A stretch of 64,000 nucleotides of DNA from Glycera tridactyla. Its lineage: Eukaryota. The notes under the pieces are model-generated. The model did not search any database. It was not told where the DNA came from and saw nothing but the letters and a program-made list of their open reading frames with translations. The stretch is taken from positions 20,708,001 to 20,772,000 of the forward strand of contig OZ286466.1 in assembly GCA_965644265.1 (NCBI GenBank). The letters are read 5' to 3'. This document shows positions 11,572-22,770 of the stretch, in pieces. Every line of letters starts with the position of its first letter. Positions within the stretch are counted from its first letter, which is position 1. The position numbers and the translations under genes were made by a program.

Positions 11572-12252
11572 ATAATGGTAATGACAATACCAGTCACCCA
11601 GGATATGATGGATTTGGTAATGGTAATGAAAATACCAGTCACCTAGGATAGGATGGATTTGGTAATGGTGATGACAATACCAGTCACCTAGGATAGGATG
11701 GATTTGGTAATGGTGATGACAATACCAGTCACCTAGGATAGGATGGATTTGGTAATGGTGATGACAATACCAGTCACCTAGGATATGATGGATTTTGTAA
11801 TGGTGATGACAATACCAGTCACCTAAGATAGGATGGATATGGTAATGGTGATGACAATACCAGTCACCTAGGATAGGATGGATTTGGTAATGGTGGTGAC
11901 AATACCAGTCACCTAGGATACAATGGATTTGGTAATATTGCAAGACAATACGGCCGTGAAGTAAAAACGCAATACCAAACGAGGTGTGAATTGTGGAGAA
12001 ATTCACACCAAGTTTGGTATTGTGTTTTCACCTCACGGTCATGTAGTCTTGCTTTTATCACATGGATTATGGGAGAAATCATCAAAAAATAGTTCTCGCC
12101 CAGCTGTGAAGTATCACACGCAATACTCAACACCTGATACGTCACTGAAAATGGCACATCCATGTGATAATGGTGATGAGAATACCAGTCACCTAGGATG
12201 TGATAGATTTGGTAATGGTAATGACAATACCAGTCCCCTAGGATAGGATGAT
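11572..12252. repeat. 45-bp minisatellite (~8 + 2 units), interrupted by an insertion
   Basis: Unit atgacaataccagtcacctaggataggatggatttggtaatggtg; the array resumes at ~12168 after the insert. Confidence 0.95.
11937..12167. mobile_element. 231-bp palindromic MITE-like insertion
   Basis: Flanked by TAAT at 11933-36 and 12168-71; long imperfect hairpin ~11940-12052; second inverted repeat atcacatggat/atccatgtgat. Confidence 0.65.
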
Positions 12253-14083
12253 TGATGTGTGAAAGAAGTGAACAAAGGCAGACCTGAGGTGGTGATGATA
12301 CACGCAGCTTCTCCACTAGACTGCTGCTAGATCATGACTGAGATTGAGCGTCGGTCACTGCAGCTGCTACTATTGATATCGATGACATTACTTTGTTTTG
12401 TGAACACACAATAGGTTCCAGACGGGGCTCAATTCAGCTTACATTTGACAGATGCTTTACAGCTCCATATTTTCTGTATAGGTACAGAAGTGTACTATTT
12501 GTCTTATGCGTGGATGTTCTAGGATTGACAATTGGAATACCAGTTGACTTTTCCGGAAGGGCTGCATGATTAATCAGAATGACCAGCCAATTTGTTAAAC
12601 ATAGCTGCATTTCCAATTGCAACACTAGCCAATTTACTTGAAAAGACCACATGTCAATTGAAAATTGTTGCCAATTTATAACATCGTCAGTTGATACAAG
12701 CTTGTTGATACAAGTTTGTTTTAAGAGCCTAGACCACATGGTAAATTGAAATTCCCAGCAAATTTCCAGTTAGAATTCCACTTAGAATACCAGACAACTT
12801 GTCCAGAAGGACAACATCGTTATTTGGAAAAAGGACACCGGATTCCCCTCGACTCATCGACAGTCGGAAGACCAGTCGATTTGCCCCAAAAGGCCATATG
12901 GGATCTCAGGGCCATTGGGCAAGTCAATTTGTCAAAATGGGTCACATTGTCAGTTAGAGTAGCAGCTGATGTATCAATAGTGCCACATATAAATTGGAAT
13001 AACAGTCAATTCTTCGAAGCTTATTCGTTAAAAGGGCCATATTGTCAATTAAAACCCCAGCCAATTCGTCTAAAAAAGGAAATATTGTCAGTCACGATAT
13101 CAACCAATATGTCTGAGGGTCTGCGTGGTCAAACTCAGCACCAGCTGTTTTTGGGCCACATTGTCAGATAGGATACAAATTAATGTGTGCCACCCTACTT
13201 GAATGATTTTCCCGGGGACATAGGAGGAGTCGTGGATGATCTCGCTCCAGTCAAAATGCATGGGCGTCCCAACATAAGACAGATGGTGCTCATGAGAGGA
13301 CAACCAATCAACAAACAAACAAACTAATTACCAACCAACCTGCTGTCTGGAATAAGTTATGAGAGAGGTAAACTTGGGCCGACCTGAGGTGGTGGTGGTG
13401 CACCCAACTTCTCCATGGGACAATTGCCAACCGTAGTCTCTCCGGATAACGACTGGATTCGGGCTAGGAAGATTCCACTGCTGCCACTGATGCTGCCGCC
13501 GATGCTGGTATTTATGTCGATACTTTGTTTCGTACTCGCACTAACTCTGGCTCCTCCCACTTGCCACCCCTCTCTTCCCATCTCTCTACTCCACCTGTGC
13601 TGGTAGCGATAGTAGTGAAGATATAGCCTGTTAAGTGAAAGAATCACCGGAATGTTTCTATTCTCCCGTCGGCCATCGAGATCCAGATGGAATTGAATAA
13701 AAAATGACAGGCTTTCTCGACATTTTCTGGGAATAGAAATGTGATCACGATGAAATTGATTTGCATATTTCACACAGATGTACCACATTTGTCGATTTCA
13801 CTCTGTTTTTTTTTCTCCAAATTGTGGGTTCCAACCGCCGATGGCTGGTAGGTCCCATTTAGACAGGGGCAAGACACGAACTTAGACAGGGGCATTCGAA
13901 CTTCCAGACAGAAGGGCTGTTCAAATGACATCATACTCACCAGCAGGGTGCCTCACATCACACAAAATTGACTGGCAGCATTTGCCAACTCCGCGATATG
14001 TAACCGTGGCGAGTTACGTGCAGACACTCTGGTTCTCAACTGAACAGCACTGTTGACAACAGTGAGCATGGACTTCTGTGTGG

Positions 14084-14170
14084 AGGTAACTGAGTGGGAC
14101 CTCTGTACTCCACCACTTAACTTCGCCCAGGTGTGAATGGGTACTTGGCTATAGGCAGTGATGGTGACTG
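14084..14170 (+). mobile_element. SINE-like fragment, family A
   Basis: aggtaactgagt..acc.ctgtactc...ccaggtgtgaatgggtacttggct is shared with 49151-49235; it resembles the conserved central box of tRNA-derived SINEs. Confidence 0.5.
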
Positions 14171-15685
14171 TTGAGGAATGTTGCGAGATATGGGAGACAG
14201 CTCAAGGGGATTGATGATAGTTTAACATCCTGCTCCAGGTATATAGTTACAATGTTCACATTGCTCGAAGTAGTCCCCTGCTACTTAAGTACACACGCTT
14301 GCTAGAGGCACACAGGCATCTCACTCTGGAATTGAAGAAGTAGTCAGAGTTTCCGGGCTTTATTCCACCCATACTGAATGGAATTGACTGCTGGTGGCTG
14401 GTGTCTCTAAGGATGGATTCCTGAGTGGCCAGAATCGGGTGTAGAAGTAGCTGCATCATATGCTCTCGGTTCAATTTCCTTCTCTCAAGGCATTGCATCT
14501 AACACAATCTCATACTCCATTTTCACATGTTCAAGACAGCATACAAGATGCGACACACACAATGACATGTTTCGACAGACGTTCTTGGGCAACCCGGTTT
14601 GTGACCAACATGATCGATCTAGACCGGGGCGTATCTCCCCTTTCCATTTGGGTACCACTTTGGTACCGCTGACAAAACATATCGTTTCCGCCTGCAATCA
14701 AATATTTAGTGAAATGCCCCAAAACTCCCAATTTCCCAAAAGAAATTGAAACTGCATTTTTCATCGTGAGATATGATACGATGATCCATTGGGGTCCTTT
14801 CCTTCCATTAAGACCATGATCGGGCGAGAAATGGCATAACGTGACGACCATGTTTTACGATGGATTTGTCACGCTATACCAATACAAATTTCTTTTGTAC
14901 ATACAAACCCTCATGCATGCTCACGGGACTCGTCGTTATTCACTCATTTTGCTCTGATTCACATCAACACGTATTGTCGGAAGAGACGCTTCCTGAACCA
15001 ATCCAATGGCATATGCCGAAACACACACGTTGTGTCACGACAATGTTATATGCACAAAAGGGCTGAGGCGTATGAATTATCTAGCAACTTCGATAGGTAC
15101 TTTACTCTTGTCCCCCATACGAGGAATACAGAAAAAATTGGGTTGTTCGGGATCGGGTGTTTGTCCATTTAAGCTGCTATTGTAACTCAAAAATGATATT
15201 TGAATGCCAAGCAATCTTTTTCGGTATTGTATATGGTTCGCACATTATGGGGACAAATGGTCTACACCATTTCTGACACGGGAGGCATCAATTCGATGTA
15301 TTGATGTGAATGAAAAAGAAATTTGAAGTTTGTAGTGTCAATCTCATGAAAGTGTCTTAGTCAAAATTGTCAAATATGTCATCACAAATAGGAACGAATG
15401 GGCTAGTCGTTACAGAAAATGATAATTATTCACAAATACATTTGCAAATACCGAACTTCAGAGAAGCCAGACGATTGCACAGTGGCTACGACAATCGAAA
15501 TTGCTTTGCATGCGGATGACATCTCACAGTCAAATACTTATTGCTCAACTGTAGAAAAGTAGAGTGAAGTATTACACTGTTGAAAATGTGACACAACTTT
15601 CCATGAAAGTTGATCCTACAGACATATTTGATTATTTACATGAATTGGGAGTATTTAGACAAATATGAATCGTATGCATGCTAAC

Positions 15686-15880
15686 CCAGTGCATGCCGAC
15701 TGGGGTATCAAAGGCTGGCCGTGTGTATGGGAGTCTTTTCCAGTATGCACGTAAAAGAACCACTGCTGTCTTTTGCAAAGAGTAGGGACGGCCCCGATCG
15801 CGGTGCCTCTTTACTTCAGCATTTTCAGTTTTTCAGTCTGAAATAACCAAAGGTGGTTGAAAGCACGTTGAAAGAACTGT
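15686..15880 (+). mobile_element. SINE fragment, family B (MetaSINE-like central domain), 5'-truncated
   Basis: ccagtgcatgccgactgg..tatcaaagg..ggccgtgtgtat...tgcatgtaaaagaaccactgctg...gcggtgcctc; three copies in the window. Confidence 0.6.
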
Positions 15881-17105
15881 GAACTCATCCCATGGACCTT
15901 CAGACCTGATTAGAGCGCACAGTCACGCTTTAGCGATTTTCTGCCAAATGCTGGCCTGTGATCGGTCGGGAGGTTATCGCTCATTATCTCCTGCCTCCTA
16001 TGTCGGAACTGTGAAATTATCCAAGTGACACCCAGAAGTGATTCGCATACCATCACGTGTGAGCGAGTTCCTGCCAAATGTTGGCCTCTGATTTGTTAAG
16101 AGGTCGCCGCTCATTATATTGTGAAGTTCTCATCTTATCCCTCTCATATCAAAACTTGAACTCATTCAAGTGAACCTCAGAAGTGGTTAGCATGCCATCA
16201 TGCATGAGTGATTTCCCGCCAAATGGTGACCTCCGATTGTTTGAGAGGTTTCTGCTCACTATATCCTGAAGCTTCCATCTTATCCCTCCCACATCAGGAC
16301 TGTGAACCCATCCCAGTGATCGTCAGATATGGTTAGCGTATGATCACGCTTGAGTGATTTCCCGCCAGATGATGGCCTCTGATTGTCTGAGAGGTTTCCA
16401 CTCACTATATCCTGAAGCTTCCATCTTATCCCTCCCACATCAGGACTGTGAACCCATCCCAGTGATCGTCAGACGTGGTTAGAGTATGATCACGCTTGAG
16501 TGATTTCCCGCCAGATGTTGGCCTCTTATTGGCTGAGAGGTTTCCGCTAACTATATGCTGAAGCCTTCATCTAATCCCCCCCCCCCCCACATCAGGACTG
16601 TGAACCCATCCCAGTGATCGTCAGACGTGGTTAGAGTATGATCACGCTTGAGTGATTTCCCGCCAGATGTTGGCCTCTTATTGGCTGAGAGGTTTCCGCT
16701 AACTATATGCTGAAGCTTTAATCTTATCCCTCCCACATCAGGACTGTGAATCCATCCCAGTGATCGTCAGAAGTGGTTAGCGTATGATCACGCTTGAGTG
16801 ATTTCCTGGCAGATGTTGGCCTCTTTTTGGTTGAGAGGTTTCCGCTAACTATATCCTGAAGCCTTCATCTAATCCCCCCCCACATCAGGACTGTGAACCC
16901 ATCCCAGTGATTGTCAGAAGTGGTTAGCGTATGATCACGCTTGAGTGATTTCCCGCCAGATGTTGGCCTCTTATTGGTTGAGAGGTTTCCACCCACTATA
17001 TCCTGAAGCTTTGATCTTATCCCTCCCACATCAGGACTGTGAACCCATCCCAGTAATCGTCAGGAGTGGTTAGCATATGATCGATCACGCTTGAGTGATT
17101 TCCCA
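15880..17105. repeat. ~146-bp satellite/minisatellite, ~8 units
   Basis: Unit tgatcacgcttgagtgatttcccgccagatgttggcctc...ggttagcgta recurs at 16341, 16487, 16639, ~16787, ~16931 and ~17080; the left copies are more diverged. Confidence 0.95.
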
Positions 17106-19229
17106 GCAGCATAACCCCCGTGCCTGATGTCTGGCAGTCAGCGTGGGGCATCGCTTCACTGGAGGCTTGTTACATCTGGGTCAAGTGTGAAGTCACAACC
17201 AACAGCAGCACCCCAGGGCTATCGTTTATAAAGACGATAGAACAATGGGAAACTAGGACAGCATATTTGATCGTTCAATGGCTTCTGGAAATGGATTTGG
17301 TCATATCTGATAATTGTTGTAATGAGATGTGAATTATGTTTATAAGCGAACAAAAAAAAAGATGAACTATTTATCATACATAATGTACCTTTATGAATTT
17401 CGATAATGATAAACAAGCAATGAACGCAATATATTTCGCAAATTATTTATTTCTTTCGTAACACATTTGGAGTACAATCATAGATATACGAATGTATTCT
17501 ACATCAATCCTCCGGCAGTCCAAGATGGCAATGTCTCTGGCTACTCACATGGCGTGACACAACACCATCACATTCCACACGACTGAAAAACGACCTTTCT
17601 TACGAAAATAATGGCAGGTAATTCCCAATTTCTCCTGAGAAGAAATTAGGCATGTATGCCGAAAAAAGTGTGAGAGGAATCAATTTGAATTTCCCGCTGT
17701 CAAATGGGCACCACATCCATCCAATCCACCAGCTGCTCACTGTGTCGAGATGGGAATATCTTACTCTCAAAACCCAATCATTGAACATGTGAATCACTAA
17801 ATCATACACTCAAATGCTTTAATGCCTTCAAAGATTGAAATGGTTCAACGTATAACCATAATGCACAATGAAACGTCAGTTTAAAATGAACAGGAAAGGG
17901 TAAAGAGTATTCATATCATTAGCATTGTCAAACCTGATGGCGACCGAACATCGATCATGAACTAGCAAAAATTTCCAGAAGGAGGAGCCATTGTCATGAA
18001 AAATAGAAACATAGAGAGCTATCACAGTAATCCATGCAAAGCAGATAGGCCTTTACAGCATCCCTACCGGGTTACATGGAAATCAGAGTGGTTTATCAAT
18101 ACCCATGGGCACGCCCAAAAAAACTGTCAAAATTTGTTCCAATTTTTGTCTACCCAACTGTGGTCCCATGCCAGAGTGGTAAGAGGGAGGCTGCATGCAA
18201 GAGACGCGTCCTCAATAGAAACTCTCGCCGGTTGTCTGCAACTGATATTGTAAGCTCAAAATTTGACAGGTGCATATAAATAAAGAGACTGGCCTGGAAA
18301 TGTTTTGGATGCGATAGTTAGCGACAGATGATGAACATGGACGGTTGCAGAGTATTCTTAATTACATCCCAAATAATGCATGACATCAGCGACGGATAAG
18401 CATTTCTTTACATCCAAGAAAGAAAAAAAAGCGATGCCAATGATAAATGAATGCGGCATCCATGAAAACACGGTGTATAAATTCTGAATAATGAGTGGAA
18501 AAACCTGCACAGGGGCCATTTCTAGGAGTAGATATCAAGGTAACTGAGATCGGCAGTCATTCACACTTTGTTGATCAAGAATACTCCTCGACAGTCTCTG
18601 AACACGTGACTGCTGAATATAGCGCATGACATTGAAATATTCAAACACTACCAGAAATGTATTACACAGACCAAGGAGGGGCTGGATGATACTTGTATAG
18701 AAGCCCACCATTGTAATATAAATCATATCTTGGTATCTAAATCGCTCTAATGTCGAGGAACGCCTGAAATTCAAATATGAAAATATGTCAAACTGACTGC
18801 ATAGGTTCGGCAGTCATTGATATTATTGGAAACACCTTGCAGACGACCATTCGCGAGCAATTCCTCCAAAAACGTTGGTTACAGATGAATGTGAGACCGT
18901 AAACACAGCCTACTTGAACAAACAATTACCATCACGAAGACTTTAAAAAGTGCTCCCCCTCTGTGGAGCATGTCATTCTATACTAGAGGAGAAACGCATT
19001 AAATTCCCCAGGTATTCTGTCAAAAAGGGGCCTTGTCCTCCATTATGATGTTCCTGGAATAGGATATGATAACAGCTCTCTTTTGTTCTTCACACGGCTT
19101 TCCAGAATCGATAGCTTCGCCCACTTGATAAACTATCTGGCTACCCACCAGCAGAAATGACACATCGAGTGTCTTTGAATTCTATAAATTTTCACCTTCC
19201 ACTGGGTACCCAGAATGAGGAGTCCAACG

Positions 19230-19345
19230 GACCAAAACCCACCTGGTAACCCGTCATCTCGTGTTCAGGGTTTGTGAGAGCGATGACTGAAAGGTACACC
19301 GCATCCATCTTTCATAGATTGGGAGCATGTGGTATGCATACTAGT
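19230..19345 (-). mobile_element. Dispersed repeat family C fragment
   Basis: catctcgtgttcagggtttgtgagag is the reverse complement of the core at 61557-61590. Confidence 0.7.
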
Positions 19346-19462
19346 CTGGATTGATACATGCTATCAAACAAATCAATGAAGATATCACTCTTTCGACAGT
19401 CAGATTGGGGAAAGTCCATCAGATGACGATAAGCACCTACAATATTCAGGTACGGTATACAG

Positions 19463-19597
19463 CTACGATATATCGTCGATCTCTTCCTGGGTGACCGACA
19501 TTTCTTCCAGATAATCGTCATCCATCGCTGAAGAATCGTATCCACCCGATGGCGTGGTTGTGCCCTCTGCCTGTCGCATCTTGGTCTTGGGTTTTAC
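19463..19597 (-). CDS. Putative last coding exon of a small myristoylated protein
   Basis: Acceptor ttcattttccag; phase-0 ORF VKPKTKMRQAEGTTTPSGGYDSSAMDDDYLEEMSVTQEEIDDIS followed by TAG; phase-compatible with exon 26173-26009. Confidence 0.55.
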   Translation of the reverse strand, partial: VKPKTKMRQAEGTTTPSGGYDSSAMDDDYLEEMSVTQEEIDDIS

Positions 19598-20029
19598 CTG
19601 GAAAATGAACGGACATTACACTGTCTTACTGTTGTTACTTTGCCTCATTCCGTCTGGTTTTATAGCCACGTGAATCTCATGAGTGGATGATGATGATGTT
19701 GAAGTCGTAGTTCTCTGTGTTGCAACGAGATGTCACTCATATCAGTTTACACCACATTGCCTACATCGCAGTAAATCAACATTGTAGAACAAGATAACGA
19801 ATCTGGAACCAGGTACGCTACTCAATCCGGCAGACTGATTAAGCAAGGCCATCTGAGACGGAACTAGTGAAATGGAGGAAAGGACAAAAATCTCGCATTT
19901 TGTTGATTAGGGATACACTGTATGCATGCTCAAATCGAGCGAGACCTTCGAAATGGATGAATGTAGCCTCTCAGATGTCTTATCGCGGCTACTGTATACT
20001 CTGTTACCTCTAATATCGTACATGTACAT

Positions 20030-20125
20030 CCTATAATGAAACCACCTACCTATAAAGACCACCCTGAGCCGTGACTGTTAATGTTCTACTGTAACCAACC
20101 TCTCTACAAAGATCACCTGTCTATA
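20030..20125 (+). mobile_element. Tc1/mariner(pogo)-type MITE remnant
   Basis: Reiterated accacct..ctataaagaccacc / aaagatcacctgtctata; the related ctgtcaaacctgtctataaagaacacctgtctat lies at 35372-35403. Confidence 0.35.
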
Positions 20126-20679
20126 CACGACGAATCGCGCGAGTTACTGGGCGCCGCCATGATGGATTTCCGCACGAGTACCGCATTGCCCGCTCACTTC
20201 CGGTCCAATTCAAGACCATTGAAAATACATTGACTTCAACTCACTCGACCTCTCTCCCTCCCCAACCTTTAATCCATGGCTTCTACACCTTCGCTAAGAG
20301 GTCAAAGAACTTTGTCATGCTTTGAGCCGTGGCTTCTACGCCTTCCCACTTTACCTGTGAACCCCTTGAGGAATGCTGATGCAGAGCCGTGGCTTTCATG
20401 CCTTCACTGTTCACCTGTGAACTCGGAGAAGGGCTGCCGAGCTTTGAGCCACGGCTTCCACACCTTCGCCTGTGATCACTGAGCCATGTCTTCCACACCC
20501 TCACCTTTGAACTCTAAAAGCTGGTGGATGGCTGAGATGGGAGGGGGGGGGGAAGAGGGACTGGAGGGGAGATCATGATGACGATACTAACAGTATAGAT
20601 GACGCTGACGACGAGGATGCCTGCCTGCCCACCTGCCTTCTCGCCTCCATCCCCATCACCGGCATCATTGTCATTATTA

Positions 20680-20932
20680 TGGTCATTATGATCATTATGA
20701 TTATTATGATTATCATGATTATTATGATTATTATGATTATTATGATTATTATGATTATTATGATTATTTTGATTATTATGATTATTATGATTATTATGTT
20801 TAGTGAGAGATGGATGTCAGTTTTTCGACCACGGCGTTGTCTTTGAATCTTGTATGAATCAAAGGGTTAGGGGAAAAGAAGCTGCAGTTGCAATGGAGGA
20901 GAAAAAACCCATCGATACGTGAATGAGAGAGA

Positions 20933-20990
<58 letters not shown>
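20680..20990. repeat. (ATTATGATT)n and (GA)n microsatellites
   Basis: Direct inspection: ~20680-20800 and ~20924-20990. Confidence 0.95.
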
Positions 20991-20993
<3 letters not shown>

Positions 20994-22739
20994 ACCCGCC
21001 ACCAGCGCACTGAGTATTGGCGCTCGTATGCCGGAAGTGGTGGGGCAAGGTGAGAGCGTCTGCTATTACCCATGATTCTAGGCGCGCACAGTGGCGCCCC
21101 CTAGCCCGCAAATCGTCCTCTATAGGTGATACATGATGCGGCCGAGGGCAGTCTTTGATGGGTGTGCAATTGAAGACGAATAAATGATAATTACTTAACT
21201 ATTCCCTCACTTGTTCAATGCCTTCATTTTGATGAATCGAGTAGATCAGGCCTAATATCCATGATGGAACTCTCGTAAAAACATTATTTGAAAACTTTGG
21301 TGTCAGCGAGATATTACGAGACGATTGCATTATTTTGAAAAATAGATTGATCACATTTTGAACAACAATAAAAAATCATCAATCACTGATAGGAATTGCT
21401 CAATCTCCCAATATCTCGCTAGCACGTGATTTCACGTGGACAATAAAAGTACAACCACTACTGTAGCTGTCCTAATAAATGATGTTCTGAAAACATTTTT
21501 TCATGATGGTGAATACTCAGTACATGGTGGAAATCATTAGAAAGTAAGTAAAATTATAATCACTTTAACAATGAACGAAAATAAAACGTGAATATTGTGC
21601 CCAGACGTGATATAAGCACGAACTTCACCAAATCACGTAACACAGATGCAACAGACAGAAACTAGATCATTGACTAAAGAACCAATTTCTATGCCTAATC
21701 CAAAATACGCGTCGACACCAATATATATCATCACTGGACATTTATAAGTATGATCTAACTCAAGAAAGTCACAGAATACAGTGACTTACTATAGACAATA
21801 CCTTCGTGAATAAAGGGACAGCTTCCTCATCCTCAGTGGTAGACCCCAAGTCGGTAGTCTGACAACATAACAGGAAGGGAATGACATATCGTAGATACTA
21901 TTATGTCACACTTGCGCAGTTTTCTATGTGATACAGTGGTATGTGATATCACCTGAAATACTCCCCGACAGGGAAGTATCGACGGGACTACTTTCGCTGT
22001 TTACTACCTGACTAATACCCTAACATCTGCCCATACATGAAGCATGTGCTATGTGAGCATTTGAGAAAAACAAAAATGGTGGATGCTACTTGTTCCACAT
22101 ATTCATGTAGAACTAAGGCAGTATTTCAAGTGTGGCATAAAACCAAGAGTCCCCACCCACAGCGGTACAAACGGTGTTATAACACCCTCGCGAGTGCAAG
22201 CGGAGCGATGTGCCTTGGGTCCTGTGGTTCCACGGGAGTTCACTTCCCCCGCGCTCCTTTAAATACGCTATCACTATACGCACCGCTCAGGTTGGGGACT
22301 CTTGCTATAATAAAACACAGGAGTCAACAATGGGATAATTCACGAAGTCCCCCCTAACGTTCATTGCTCCGGTGAATAGTGTACACCTGTTTCCATAATT
22401 GAACATGAAGATTTCGTGACTAATGTACGTACATAAATACAACAGATAAACAATGCAAACATCTTAACCTTATGTAATACATTTACCAAACCTCCAGAAA
22501 GCTCCGGAAATGTACAGCAATAACAACACTTGAGGTATGCAAAGCAATTAGTAGCTACTCGAAACCCCATGGCATTTGTACCCTGCTATATATTAACATG
22601 TACAAAAGCACAGCTATCCTGAACTTTTTCACTGCTAATGACATGCTCGCATGGTGATGCCATCTCATCACCTTTCAGTCGATGAAATTATTAGGATGAA
22701 TTTCTCACAAGAGAGAGAGAGAGAGGGAGAGAGAGAGAT

Positions 22740-22770
<31 letters not shown>

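Noticed and set aside
11566-12006. 146-aa His-rich repeat ORF (YQIHPILGDWYCHHH)n
   Set aside because: It is one open frame of a 45-bp minisatellite, and its start codon lies inside an inserted element. There are no splice signals or other support for coding.
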